A DNA stretch of 64,000 nucleotides from Octopus sinensis (taxonomy: Eukaryota), in contig NC_043011.1 of NCBI RefSeq assembly GCF_006345805.1, positions 55,192,464 through 55,256,463 of the forward strand. The letters run 5' to 3'. The first letter of the stretch is position 1. Each line of letters begins with the position of its first letter. The position numbers and the translations under genes were made by a program. Positions 1 through 14,483 of this stretch are shown here, piece after piece. The notes below the pieces were generated by a model, which worked only from the letters and a program-made list of their open reading frames with translations, made no database searches and was not told the origin of the DNA.

Positions 1-339
1 ACTTTAGTGATTTCAACAACAACAGAAACTAGATAAAACAATATATAAACTATTACAATATCTTGTGATCTTTCAACTTTGGCTGAACATTCTGAACATT
101 GTTTTAGACATGACCATCCTGTTTTTTTTTATATGGGATGTGTGGAACAATTTTGGGCAAAATAAAACAAGTAATCTAAAATGGCAGCTTGTCAGTCCCC
201 CTTATGGTGCCAGTGGGCAAAGTCAAAAAGCCACTGACTTACAGGGCTTACACTTGCAGATAGCTCCATCACCATCATCAGTTTTTAAATGTTATTTAAG
301 AATATTGGTAAGCTGTGTGTGTGTGTGTGTGTGTGTGTG

Positions 340-1000
340 TATCATCCTTTAATGTCCATTTTCCATGCTGGCATCGGTTGGACAGTTTGACTGAAAACTG
401 GTAAGCCAGAGAGCGGTTCCAGTCTGAATTTGCAAGGTTTCTACGACTGGATGCCCTTCCTAACGCCAACCACTCAGAGTGTAGTGGGTGTTTTTTTTAC
501 ATACCACTAGCATGGGTGCCATAGACCTGACACCGGCCACAACTGTGGTCTCACATGTCTTGACAGGTCTTCTCAAGCACAGCTTATCGCCAAAGGTCTC
601 AGTTGCTTGGCATTGCCTCTGTGAAGCCCAACATTAGGAGATCGTGCTTCACTAACTCATCCCATGTTTTCCTGGATCTATCTCTTCCACAGTTTCCCTC
701 CACCATTAGACTGCATCAATCCTTCATGCAGCTGTCTTCGTCATATGCATCACATGACCAGACCAGTGCCGTCATGACTCTTGCCTAACTTTTCTCTCAG
801 GATGCTTACACCCTGTCATGCACACACACTGACATACATCCAGCAAAGCCTACTAGCTTCATTTCTTACAAGCCTATGCATGTCCTCAGCAGTCACAGCC
901 CATGTTTCACTATGTAGCATGGCTGTTCATGCACAGGCATCATGGAGCTCTGCCTTTCACTCTGAACAAGAGGCCCTTTGTAACCAGTAGAGGTAGGAGC
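340..1000 (-). mobile_element. RTE-type LINE 3' fragment with RTE/SINE tail
   Basis: Decayed RT C-terminus-like sequence (similar to 15540-15760 and 18480-18740) joined to the family tail ccaacc..atgccagcatggaaaatggacattaaa. Confidence 0.65.
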
Positions 1001-1219
1001 TACGATAATCTATCTGAAATGCTCTAACTACATATATGATGCATTGCAGAAAACAGAATTCTGATGTTCTAACTGAACTTTAATATCCTTATTAGATCTA
1101 GTGATAATTCTAAATACTTGTAGATAGGATGACCATCTTCCACACTATTGCATCAACTTGCTTGTGTACAAGACATTTCAATACAATCCACACTAATCAA
1201 GATCAAGAAAGTAACACCC

Positions 1220-1790
1220 ATCATCATCATCATCGTCGTTTAACGTCCGTTCTCCATGCTAGCATGGGTTGGACGGTTCGACCGGGGTTCTGGAAGCCAG
1301 AAGGCTGCACCAGGCTCCAGTTAATTTGCAATGTTTCTACAGCTGGATGCCCTTCCTAACGCCAACCACTCCGTGAGTGTAGTGGGTGCTTTTTACGTGC
1401 CACCTGCACAGGTGCCAGGCGGGGCTGGCAACGCCACGGTCAGATTGGTGTATTTATGTGCACCGCATGGAAGCCAGTCGAGGCGTGCTGGCATCGGCCA
1501 CGAGTCGGATAGTGCTTTTACGTACCACCAGACCAGGGATCTGCTGGTTCAATTCGATTTCGATTCGCTTGCCCCAACATGTCTTCACAAGCAAAGGGGG
1601 TTGGCAGGGTGCCTGTCGTACGGTCGCATTGAGTATTTTACGTGCCACGGCCACGAGTCGGGTAGTGCTTTTTACGTACCACCAGCCAGGGATCCTGGCT
1701 GGTTCATTCGGTTTCGATTCGATTCGATTTCGCTTGCCCCACATGTCTTCGCAAGCATGGGGGTTGGGATGGGTGTCTGTCATCGATGAG
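1220..1790 (-). mobile_element. RTE-tailed SINE-like repeat (family A) with internally repeated modules
   Basis: (CAT)n-CGTTTAACGTCCG...CTGGATGCCCTTCCTAACGCCAACCACT...GTGCTTTTTACGTGCCAC. Near-identical cores recur at about 7845, 14090, 14280, 30985, 31710, 36755, 40386, 41450, 43146, 47100 and 56110. Confidence 0.8.
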
Positions 1791-4700
1791 GGTCTATATC
1801 GACTTTTGATATTCTAACAAACTAAACTGTATACTGCTCAGTTACAATCAATTCTGCTTCACTTACAACAAGCTTAACCCGATTCAACCACTCATATAAA
1901 CAACATCCACCTATTCTAAAACCTAAAATCCTTTTCAATTCTTATTTTCTAATGAAAAGAAATTTGAATATTTCTCAGCAGTAATCCCTGCTGTAACACT
2001 TAAACCAATTTATTTTAACTACTTCCCCACTCCCACTTTATATTAAACCTTTGTTTACGTTATCTAATCTTAACTGAATTACAGATTGCTGGAGATATAT
2101 AAAGCTTGTTGTTAATCTCCCAGCTAAAGAAACACATTAAACTCTTATGTGTAGAAGCAGTACTAACTTGACCCAAGTTTATGAAGATATTTGTCACATT
2201 TATCTCAGCTATCAGTCACAGCTCCAAAACCACTTACTCTTGCCAGGTAGAAACAGTATAAATATTGTCCCAGATTTACAGAAGGTTTTAACATGTTTTT
2301 TTATGGAATAATCTTAGTGTTTCACAACTATTCTATCACTTAGAGACATTCCATGAAGCTCTGAAATCTCAAACTCATTATAAACATATTGAGCATTTTG
2401 AATGGTTTTGCTTTATGTTTGGATGAATTAAAATGTATTCTGCAGAAAACCTGTGAATTTACATGTGAATATATGACTTATTGTAATGTTCCCTCATTTA
2501 ATATGATCTGCTTGATACTGGCGTCTGTGCTATAAGCATTAAGGCGACTCTTCAAGGTTGAAAATATATTTTATTAAAATAAGATAACAGACATTTTTTT
2601 AAATAGTTGTCGAGTTTTGATGTACAGTAAAATATCTAACACTTGGACATATATACTAGACAATCCAGAAAATCAACAAATCAAATAAGGTCAAGTTTTT
2701 CACCCCCAAACAAGTGTTGGAATGTAGTTGATATTGATTTTATTGAGCAAGGGAAGATGAAAGCTTAAGTTGGCAGGTATTCAACAGACACTTCTAAGTC
2801 TTCTCATCAGCCATCTTGTTTATCATCATACGTCAGATGTCCAAAAGCACCAGGGATGCCATTGTTTTTGTTTTGTTTATTTTTCTAGTTTTTTTGTTTT
2901 CCTCTGGAGAGATTAAGGAACAAAATTCATCACACGACACCAAAAATGAAACAAAAATTGGAAATAGATAAAAGGTGGCAGGACTAGCAAGGAAGGTTGG
3001 GAAAAGTGCAAGTATTAGTAAGTTTTTCATCTATAGAACCAAGACACACTCCAGTTCAGAGTGCTGAATGTTGACTAAAGATTTCCATTGAAAAGTGATA
3101 TCTTCATTCATCAACAATAACGTGAAGAAGATCAATAGAGATATACATTTGGAACAACACAAAATAAAATGACAGAACAAAGAGAAGAGTGTATACAGGT
3201 TTCCAATGGGATTAGGTGTTGAAAGAATATGGAAAAAAAAGAAAAATCAATTCTCTTATTGTTTCATTGGAAAGTGAGTTATCTAATACATTGTTAATAC
3301 AGTATTAAATAACAATGTCAAACACTTTCATACATAGATGAAGTAAAACAAATATACTAAGATGATGCACAGCAACTTCCCATCATAATTATCAAATGAA
3401 CAGGACTATTTTATTAGGATTTGAAAAGCTCAAGTAGTCTGTAATAAATTGTACAGTTACTTTCAATAGATTCAGTTTAAACGACTGCAATGTCAGCAAA
3501 TATATTAACCTGTATTACCTAAATATACAGAACAATGCCATAGACATAGGATAGATAAGGGACCGTTCATTTAGTCTTTAAAATAAGGTTCCCTACTGTT
3601 TCACACACACATACTTGCAGCTTAACCATGATATTCTTATCATCCGGCTGCAATGTCTTAACAGCTTTTTAGGCTTATCTGGTGTGAAAAGTTTGACAAA
3701 CACTTTCAATTTGAGGAAACCCTAAAAGAAATAATCACAAATCAAAATAAGTCAATGAAGGAGGCCACAACCTGTCACTCGACTGCAAAATGTGAGGAGG
3801 ATTAGTAAACATTCAATAACAATGAAAGCTTTCGCTGTCAGTCTGATCAGTGATTCCATTGTGTGGAAACCAGGTTGTGTACTGAGGTCACATCTGTTCA
3901 ATTCTGATTAAAGTAAGTTGCACAACATTGACACAGCAATTAGAATTCATTTTTGCTGTATTTCCAACCCTGCCAAAGAAATATGTGCCTACCACACCAA
4001 AGATTATCATCACACAATCCCACACTATTACAAGTTCACAGTGAAGGGGAACACTCATAGGGGTCATGAATCACAGTCCAATTAATGATAGTTTTATTTA
4101 TTTATGCAATCAAACAAATGAAAATAGTTTGTGATATGCATGAAACGAGCCACCTGCTTAGACTGCAAGCAAGATCTTGGAAAATGTTTTCCAGCTTGCT
4201 ATGCACATATCTAAAAAAAAAAATGAAAATTTAAATCAGTGCAATACAGTTTCAGGATCTGAACTTGCTCAATGTGATGCCACGATTTCTATGCATGGCA
4301 ATAGGGATTATTTACAAAAGCAGGTTTTAACAGGGTCAATAGTCTCCAGTCTTTCTTTGGACATTTCACACATCAGGGGACTAGTTCAATGCTGAACAAA
4401 GTGCACCAGGTATTTTCTGCTCCAAACAATTTATTTGAACAAGGCACTTTTCCAGGAGGATTCACATTAAAGTGCAAACAAATATTTCACTGCCTTTGTG
4501 CTAATGAATCACCACTTTAAAAAGAAAGAAAAAATGTCTTCATGACAAAAGCACAGTGTCACATTGTTTCAATATGTGCTGCTCCATGTGACCAACCATG
4601 TGACAAATTGCCCCCAGCCCACTCATCCTTGTCAATCAAATTACCATCATTGCCAAATTCCTTTTGGAACACATGTATCAAAGTAAAAAAAAATCTTAGA

Positions 4701-5358
4701 GAAGTAGATATTTAATCTAAATGTTAAAAGGTATTTTCACAGAAAAACAATTATTCCTGCAAAACAAATGTCTTTGGAGGAACGACAAGTTGAGATTAAC
4801 AATTGAAAACGGTTTCCAAAGAGTCTAATATACAATGACATGAGAATTATCATTTGCAGTTAAATTACTCCAATTTTCAGAACCTTTACAAATTTTTCCC
4901 CTCTATTCTCATCAAATGCTATAAGCCTGAACACAATTGCTCAACTTGATAAAAATATCAAATCCCACCCTCAAAATCACATTCTCTCCCCCCGCCCCAG
5001 TTGGTCCTGGGAATGCCTTTCATGAGATATTCTCTAAATCAGGATGAATCCAGGGCTAAACAAGCTTTGCTGATGATTTGGCATTTGTTTATCCCATTTA
5101 CCTTTTGGGGTAAATGGGATAAATGAAAGCGACTAGAAGAGGTTGAGGTAGGATATGCATTCCGACCTCGTAAGACCCTTATCAGCAATGACTAGTACTT
5201 ATTCTATCAGTCTCTTTTGCTGAACCACAAAGTCATGAGGACATACACACCAACACTGGTTGTTGAGCTGTAATTGGAGGGGGGGGACACAAAGACACAC
5301 ACACATATATATATGTCCAACCCATGCTAGCATGGAAAACAGATGTTAGACGATGATG

Positions 5359-5400
<42 letters not shown>

Positions 5401-5767
5401 AGGCTTCTTTCAGTTTCTGTCTACCAAATCTACTCACAAGGCTTTGGTCGGACTGAGGCTATAGCAAAAGCCACTTGCCCAAGGTGCCACACAATGTTTA
5501 TTTTTATTCTTAGAAAACAAACTTAGGATAAAACACTAAATGTGCACAAAATATTACTATTGACTATTAACACCAACATTAATTATAACCATTTAATATA
5601 ATTGGTATCAAAGTAAGGTAACAAGTATTAACCACTCAATATCAATTACTATAAAAAAATATAGAAAACAGCCAACAAATGGGGTTTTTTCAAAAAATTC
5701 TCGTAACTATTAAACTACTGCAGGTCAAAATACTTCATAATTTGAACTCAATGATCATAAAAAATAA

Positions 5768-6120
5768 GGCGTAGGAGTGGCTGTGTGGTAAGTAGCTTGC
5801 TTACCAACCACATGGCCCCTTGGGCAAGTGTCTTCTGCTATAGCCTCGGGCCGACCAAAGCCTTGTGAGTGGATTTGGTAGATGGAAACTGAAACAAGCC
5901 GGTCGTGTGTGTGTGTGTATCTGTGTTTGTCCCCCCAACATTGCTTGACAACTGATGCTGGTGTGTTTATGTCCCCGTAACTTAGCAGTTCGGCAAAAGA
6001 GACCGATAAAATAAGTACTAGGCTTACAAAGAATAAGTCCTGGGGTCGATTTGCTCGACTAAAGGCAGTGCTCCAGCATGGCCACAGTCAAATGACTGAA
6101 ACAAGTAAAAGAGAGTGAAA
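5768..6120 (+). mobile_element. tRNA-derived SINE (family B, octopus OK/OR-like)
   Basis: GGCGTAGGAGTGGCTGTGTGGTAAGTAGCTTGC head (A-box-like), CCTTGGGCAAGTG core, internal (GT)n and tail ...CAGTCAAATGACTGAAACAAGTAAAAGAG. Other copies at 33556, 48555 and 61856-62478. Confidence 0.8.
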
Positions 6121-7844
6121 GAGTATGTTTGATCTTTATATTTAGTCACACACACAAATATATTTTTGAAATCCAAAAAGAATCTATATAAAGTCATTAT
6201 GTATAAATCTAATAATAATCAAACAACTTGTGTTAATAAATCTTAATTTGTGTTAATTTATGCAGAAATTAACAGCAGCAGTAGACAGTATAGTAATAAA
6301 TGCAAGAATGAGAAGAAGCATATCATAAACTGCTACATTTTGTGACAATTATCATAGGACACAAAAATCATTGCGGGGGGAAAGGTACAAATAATGATAC
6401 AATTATATAAAGGAAGCAAAGTAGTTATAAGGGAATATGAAAGGGAAAGTGATAATTCCCTTTTCTGTCAAGCTAAAAGAGTTGTGGATCTATAGGAAGT
6501 CGTGTGATAATTGAAATCCTGGAAATATGCAAAACCATCGTCAAATAGCAGGGTGGGCAGGAGTAGCAGGAGTTACTTGCTCAGCTAATTACATTATAGA
6601 TGAAAGTAGTATTCTCTATTATTGGCATATTAGTAACATTTAGAGAAGCAAAAATACAGAAGACTAATTAGATTAATATTGATGAATGCAATTTTAGATT
6701 TTTTCTTTTTTTTTTTTTTTTTTTTTTACTTCAGTAAAAATCCAGACATAGTTCTTAAGAAACATCTGCCAGTAATTAAATAAGAAAATATATTTAGCTA
6801 TCCTACATACTTGGCCTGAAAAAATAAATGTCGTTTAGGTATAATGTTTTGGAAGAAATTTGGGTATAAATGTTTGAGAGCTTAGAAAGGCACAAGAAGA
6901 CCAGACTAACATCTGGATTAGCAACAATGAAAACCAAAATATGGAGAAAAAAAAAAAAAATGCTTGAAGTAAATGTCTTCTCTTCAATCATGTGGACGTT
7001 TGTCTAGGCATAAGATAATTGAATTTTCATGAAATCAATCCAGAAAGTCTCAAAGATTTATAACCAAAAAGGGAATTATTGCAAGAAATCTATCTCTCTA
7101 ACTCAAAATCAGAAGAACATATATATGTATGCTTTGTTTAAAAAGAGAATACATTGCCAAAATTCTGACAGTGAAACCAACCAATCACAGAAAAAAAAAA
7201 GAAAAAGGAAAAAAGAAAAAGCAGCAGCAAGAGCCCAGGTTGACAACAAATCAACACTGAATTACATTAAATTTAACTGAAAGCTTTATAGTTTTATAGA
7301 TTATGATACAAGTAGTGGATAATTTGATTATCTAATTTGTACTAAAGAAGCCACCGATAACATAGAGCAAAGTGCATAGAACACATTGTATTAAAAATAA
7401 TACTCTTCCAGTTCAAGCACTAGTCTGCGATATTTTAGGAGTGCAAAGCTGTTTGTCAGTAAAATATGCTTAATGAGAGCAAAACTGCAATATCCGGGAA
7501 GAAATAAGCTATTTAACGACAAATAGTTTAAGCACGATTAGATATAAAGGGTTTGGTGTGTGAGTGTTAGCAACAATGTGTGAAACTCAGGTTGTCAAAA
7601 CTTCAAGGCAAAATTAAAATAAAATCTGTACACAATCATTGAGGATTAAGCAAGGATTTGTTAAATGCAATATGTAAGACAAAGTGTCAAAATGTTATTT
7701 TAGTTCAGGCTGCTGCAAGAAATAGAAACTAAAACACAGTGCACAGAATATCTAGCTAAAGTTTCATGACTAGTTTGTTAGTAAAACATCTTTATAATTA
7801 TATTGCTTATTATATATGCTTAGTGAGAACATTTTGGCAGTTTT

Positions 7845-8190
7845 ACATCATCATCGTTTAACGTCCGCTTTCCATGCTAGCATGGGTGGACGAATGACTG
7901 AGGGCTGGCGAACCAGATGGCTGCACCAGGCTTCAATCTTGATCTGGCAGAGTTTCTACAGCTGGATGTCCTTCCTAATGCCAACCACTCTGAGAGTGTA
8001 GTGGGTGGTTTTACGTGCCACCGGCACGAGGCCAATCAGGCGGCACTAGCTCGACCTCGCTCGAATCTTTTACACATGCCACCGGCACAGGTGCCAGTAA
8101 GGCGATGCTGGTAACGATCACGCTCGAATGATGTCTTTTATGTGCCACCAGCACTAAGGCCAGACAGCCGCTCTGGCAACAATCACACTC
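7845..8190 (-). mobile_element. family A SINE-like repeat
   Basis: Same (CAT)n tail and GGATG(C/T)CCTTCCTAATGCCAACCAC core as the other family A copies. Confidence 0.8.
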
Positions 8191-11100
8191 TAATACAAAC
8201 TTGGTTAATTAATCTGTTTTGATATCAACCTGCCAGAGACTGCCCCTGAATCTATGATGTAAAATTCCTGTTTGAAAATGATCCAAATTAAAACCTTTTC
8301 CCATCAATATTTCCTGTTGGTTTCCTGTTCTAAGCATCAACTTAATGACAAAGTTATTTTAGTAAATTTTTCATTTTAAAAATTCAAACAAAAGGCAGTA
8401 TACTTCAGTAACGAAAGGGTTAATTGTCAAACTGGATAACTTACTAAACTACCAACCCAGAAGTCATGGATTTAATACAAGTGTTCTTTTGCTTGTTCAA
8501 GAATGACAATTCTGTGTCTAGTTTTAACAAACTGTCGGGATTAGGACCAAAGAGAGGAGGTTGACAAGTGTGATGTCCTAATATAAGTGTACTCAGACTC
8601 AGATGTGCATATGTCTAGGAATACACGAGATATTATTGGGGTATGCAAGGTTTGTAATTTTCAAGTAATCACAATCAAGTAGATGAAACTCACATCAAGA
8701 CAATGTGCAAAGAGCAGTTATCTACTTATTATGAACTCCAATTTCATACAAGAATATCAACTGAGAATGGTATAGGAATGTACCTCTGTGGAAACTATGC
8801 CTAGTATTAAGTGACTTATTAAAAAGAACCAAACTCATCCACTTCAGAAAATATTTAATATTAAATGAAACTGATTTCTTCCGATATGCACAAGACCAGA
8901 AATTGGGAGAAAGGACACAATCAATTATATCAAGTCCAGTACTTCACTGGTACTCTATTGATCCAAAAAGGTTGAAATGCAAAGTTGACCATGGTGGAAT
9001 GTGAAATGTTTAAATCAAATTAATTAAATAATACATATCTATTTACTGTTCTGTGGTATTCAACCATTTTACACTAAATATTCCTTCATATGGAGTATAC
9101 CAAAAACTGCCAGACATGATGTGGGGGAGGAGAAAAAAACTGAGAATACCAGTCCCACCCAGTAAGAGAAAAAGAGATTTATCTCACAGCAAATACCATG
9201 AAATTAGAGCATAGCAACTTTTCTTTATTCCTTAAACTGCTTTGACAAGAATTTACTTAAGTGAAATAAACATGGACACATGATTGTAGGTCAGTTTACT
9301 AGCAAACATTTGACCTAGATATAGTGTTCACTATCTGCTCAGCTCTTGATCAAGTCTATTGACTGTTAAATTCCTGGAAAAGTAAATTTATGTCAAACAA
9401 CATATTTAGAAAAATAATTTACTTGTAAACTGTTCAGTGATTGCCAGTTAAGGACCAAACTTATTTGAAACACAGAGGTATTCCAATGCATTGAGTTCTA
9501 TTACGATTCACAATTGACAAACAACGTACAGAACTGAGCAGAGTTCAGCCAATGTCATTCACTACCAACTGGACTCTTCATAGTAAACTGAGAGAAAGTC
9601 TAAAATTTAACCCAAAACAAACAACTGTGGATAATTCTGTTTCCTTTTTCTAAGTATCAGAAACCTACAAATTGAGTGTGTAATTAATTCTTAATCCTCA
9701 TAGACTTGTTCAAACTAAAATTTCAACTATATCTTTGAAATCTTTACCTGTAACTCTTCTACTGTAATTTAAGAGAAAATGATATTTAAATCCCTGCTAA
9801 AAGTCTTCTGTATTTCTAAGAGCATTGGAGCATCGGGTAAATCACCCTCAGATATACATTTCATTGAAAGCCAACCTCAAAATGCTGAGCCTTATGAGGG
9901 AAATGACAGAGGAGCAAGATATGGTGCATTGCTGCACTCAAGAAGACCCGCCCACTACAACAGAATTGAAATCCAAAAACCAAGGTGCCAAGTAAAAAGC
10001 ATTGGTGTAGGTGCTGGTGCCACATAAAAAGCACCCAGTACATTCTGTAAAGTGGTTTGCGCTAAGAAAGGTATCCAGCTGTAGAAAGCAAGCTAAATCA
10101 GTCTATGGAACCCCAAGTGACCCCTGGTCTTGCCAGTTCCTGTCAAGCCAACCAACCAGCATGGGAAATGGATGTCAAATGTTGATGAGGATCTCTGTAC
10201 TTCAAATTTAAATCCTGCCAAGGCCAACTTTGCCCTTCAATCTGAGTTAATGAAGTACGAGGTCAATTATTCCCTCAAAAACCCGTTATGAAGGAGTCCA
10301 AAAAAAAGAAGCATTCACAGCCCCATCAATTCTTTCCCCTTCACTCTGTCAACAGCCTCAGACTAATAGCAATAACTATTTTCTGTTGAAAGGGTTTATC
10401 AACTCCTCTAAAATAACTAGTTCTAACAGCAACCAATACATGTTTTATTGCAAAATCTTTTTTACTTTCACCAAGATTGACCTATGTGTTCTAACAATGA
10501 AATTATAAACCATTCTGAACAATATACTCAAACTCTGCTTGCCCTCTTGATTTCCAAATATATTTACAAAAACCATTCTGTGTATCTTTGTAACCCATAA
10601 CGCCCCTGTCAAGCATTCCCCTAAATGCCAGCCCTCCATCACTCTTCTGTCTATGGCACTACTTGATAGCTGTAATTATTCAGAGGCAATATCAACACAC
10701 ATTAACCCTCACACCTTCCTTTGAACTACCAGTTGCCACCTTTCTCACCAACCACTTTCCTCCTTTCTGTACCTTCAGCTACCTCTCTCCTCTGTCATAC
10801 TCCATTTTAACACCTCACATATCTGCTATCATTCTCAGCACTCTTATATCTGCTCTGGCACTCATTGCTATCATCTTTATCTCTTTCCCAGCTATTCCTA
10901 CCCACCCCTAAATAACGTAAAGTAGTTATGTGTCCACTTTATATCAAGACACCTATGCTTGTCCTATCATATTTTAAAACTACTTTCCCCTTTCAAACAG
11001 TCAACCTGCTACTTGGTAGCAAGTGCTTTTTCTTTTTTCTTACTTATTTTCTGCCTTGCAAGTTACCTGACAACTTCATTAGCACACACAATTCACACAG

Positions 11101-11251
11101 TGGTTGGCATTAGGAAGGTCATCCAGCTGTAGAAACCATGCTAAAGCTGGCACCAGTGCTTAGCACAGCCTTGCAGCTCACCAGATCCTTCAAACTATCC
11201 TAACAATGCCAGCAAGGAGAACAAACATTAAATCTTTTCCTAGCATCTTAA

Positions 11252-11466
11252 CCCTTTCGTTACTGTATTTATTTTGAGATACTTTGTGTTTCTCTCAATT
11301 ATTTTAAATACAACAAAGAATTTAGTAAAATAACTTAGTTATCATTAAGCTAGTGTTAGGAACATAAATTGTGACTAAGGTTTGGTGGAAGATTTTAATT
11401 CAAAACTTATGAAAACAAGACATTTGTACTACAGAGCCAGTTTCAGCCAGGTTGGTAACGAAAGGG
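11252..11466. mobile_element. piggyBac-type MITE
   Basis: TTAA|CCCTTTCGTTAC ... GTAACGAAAGGG|TTAA terminal inverted repeats with TTAA target duplication. Related copies at 33171-33409 and about 8205-8423. Confidence 0.85.
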
Positions 11467-12289
11467 TTAAATCAACAGTTTATTCTAACATCTTTCTCAA
11501 CTCTCACAAACCAAATCCAAATCACTTCAATCCAGACAAAATGCTGCATAAAACACTATCGCAACATACAAACTGCTCCATTAAATTTGTCTTACAAGTT
11601 AGCAGAAGACTAGGCTCATATAAAAATTATTTACTTTAGATATTTCTTAAAATGTAAAACCTCCACCCCCACCCCACACACCCAATTATTCTCTACATTC
11701 CACACACTTCCTGAATTTCAAAAACTAAATAACGTTTTTAAAAAAACATAAAAACAGATAAGACTCAATGCAAAACCAATGCATAATTGCAACCGTGTAT
11801 ATTGTCGTCTTTTGCCTAGAAATAAATAAAAAGTAAAAGAGTTTGATGAAACTAGAGCTGGTCTACACTGATAAACAACAGTTCCCATATTTTCTGCCAT
11901 AAAAGTCAACATTAGTATACTGTGTAAACTTGTAAGTATTCAAGCAGTATGGTCACTGTCTTTCCAAATCCTGCATGGAATTTTTGGCCCTACAAAGTTG
12001 TCTTGGGATATATAAGTCAACCTAACTTTTCCAGCTGTAAATTTGGGTCTGAAAGAATTTAACTTGTACACATTGCTTTAAAAAATATTGTCACTGGATT
12101 AATCTATCTACAATTGTCTTCAACCATTTAAATAGCAACAAGATCTGATAAACCAGCACACACTGTACTCTTCAGGTAACTGCCATCCTCAACAAACTAT
12201 CTCATTGCTTTATTCTAAATCTAATTCTGAAATACAGAAATAAGCTTTTCACTATTCTAAACTTAAAAACATGTAATCTGCTCTGACCA

Positions 12290-12620
12290 TTTTCTTTGCC
12301 ATCAATCTTTCTCTCCGGTGACAACTAGTACAATTAAATACAAAATAGCCAGTATCATGACCGACTTACTTTCCAATGCTACATACCTGTAGTAACTTGC
12401 TCTCAATAACGTTTCTGTAGCACATAATAGGAAAGCTTTTTCATAAAGACAGCCATACACATCTATTTCACTTCCTATCATATACATTACACAGCAGCAA
12501 CCTCATCACTTAGATTGGCAATTAATTACTTTGCAGCTCACCCTATTGTAGACTCAATAAAGGCTTTCTCTTTCTTCAGTCAAAGATGTGTCATCTTTAG
12601 TTCTCGTTATCGCTTCTAAC
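12290..12620 (-). mobile_element. old, decayed LINE (RTE-like) RT fragment
   Basis: Minus-strand translation GCLYEKAFLLCATET resembles the RTE 'LYxxxxxPxLLYGxETW' region; heavily degraded. Confidence 0.4.
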
Positions 12621-14089
12621 GACACACATTATGTGATGATAAGCTTATTCATTCCATTCACATATAATTATCCGTCAACACTAGCTGCTCAGTAATAACC
12701 TTTCAGCAGAGCAAAATTTAACATTAAAATGCAAACATAATCTCTGGAAAACAGAATATTTTTCCTATAAACAATTCCTAATTATTAATTTCATATACCT
12801 CACTCCCTGAAACCTTTCTAAAATAGTCAAATCATTCCTTATACAAAAAACTTACAGGTTTCACAACCCATTTCTTTCCATCCTAACAACATATTCTAAC
12901 CCAAATAGGGGTTGCATAAATTGCAAAATATATATGTAACCACACTTGAATATATATAAAATATAAGCCACTTAAAGGGGATGGAACTTGAGGAAGATGG
13001 AGACCCAGGAAGACGTGGGATGAAGTATTAAAAGGCCAATTTCAAGACACAGAGCCTTACAAAGAAGGTGACAAAGGACCGAGATATCTGGCACCTTTGC
13101 TGTACTCAAGAAGACCTGTCTGCCACAGCAGAACTGATCCCAATGCTGGTGCCACATAAAAAGCACCCAGTACACTCTGTGGAGTGTCTGGTATTAGGAA
13201 GGGCATCCGGCTGTAGAAACTATGCCAGCTCTGGTCAAACTGTCCAACCTGTGCCAACATGGAAGACAGACATTAAATGATGATAGCCCATTATATTTTC
13301 CTCATTGGAAATTTCTAAACTTGTTTTCCGCATTAATTCCATTAGATAAATATTTTGTCATTAATAGAGCAAGAGATCTAAGTTCTCCCCTACAAACTCC
13401 TCATCTATAATCCTAAACTAAATCCTGTAGGTTTTTCTTTCCTCTAACTGGTTTGTCAATGTTAAGTTGGATCTATCTTTTGATCTGGAGTGTAGTTTTA
13501 CTAAGCAGTCATTGAGGAATCCCGTGTTCAATCTTCATGCACCCCCTGCCAATAATCAGTAATCTTTCACTCTCAGTTATGGCTTTATATCATTCTTTAC
13601 TTTCAGGTGGTAACAGGAATCTCTGACAACCAGCAGAATAAATCTGGAGGAATTTCTTAACATTAATCATATCAAGTCAAACAAGACAGTGTTTCTCACA
13701 GGGGAGGGCACCAAAACAGAGCTGAGTTGAGGGCTACAAGGTTTCAGAAAGGGGGGGCAGATTATTCTTTTACATGTCTCAGCCGAGAGGCTGCAGTCCT
13801 GCTAGAGCACCACCATACTATGTTTAAGAAGATTAAGATGGTTTTAATTGATTTAAACTTGTCCAAAACCATTGCAAAGAAGGAACATATGGATGTAAGC
13901 TACTATCTTTAAATAGGGTGACGGAGGCAAAAACTTTTATTGGGGATGGGGAGAACTCTGGTATTTATCAGGTGCAAAACTACTGTACCAGCTGGTTTTT
14001 GGAAAATTATTCCCAGTGGAAAAAACATCCTATAAGTGAATTTTCACAGTTTAAAAAACTTTCCACAATCAATTTTATGTTTATAATTA

Positions 14090-14483
14090 AGGGCATCCAG
14101 CTGTAGAAACTCTGCCAGATCAAGATTGGAGCCTGATGCAGCCATCTGGTTCGCCAGTCCTCAGTCAAATCATCCAACCCATGCTAGCATGGAAAGTGGA
14201 CGTTAAACGATGATGATGATGATGATAACAAATAAACCTCAATGTATTAAATTTCTGGTTATTTAATAAAGACATAAAAACACCATTTGAGCGTAGCCGT
14301 TGCCAGTACCGCCTGACTGGCACTTTAAAAGCACCCACTATACTCTCGGAGTGGTTGGCATTAGGAAGGGCATCCAGCTGTAGAAACTCTGCCAGATCAG
14401 ATTGGAGCCTGGTGCAGCCAGCCCTCAGTCAAATCCTGTCAACCCATGCTAGCATAGAAAGCAGATGTTAAACGATGATGATG
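14090..14483 (+). mobile_element. two tandem family A SINE-like 3' ends
   Basis: Two successive ...GGGCATCCAGCTGTAGAAACTCTGCCAGATC...CCCATGCTAGCAT(G/A)GAAAG...GTTAAAC(GAT)n units. Confidence 0.8.

Noticed and set aside
1331-1817. Recurring 'FLQLDALPNANHS' peptides suggesting a gene family
   Set aside because: Antisense translations of the family A SINE-like repeat, with variable frames and stops between copies.
9424-9587. Minus-strand acceptor/donor pair as a Rab11 exon
   Set aside because: Stop in the phase-1 frame and no Rab similarity.
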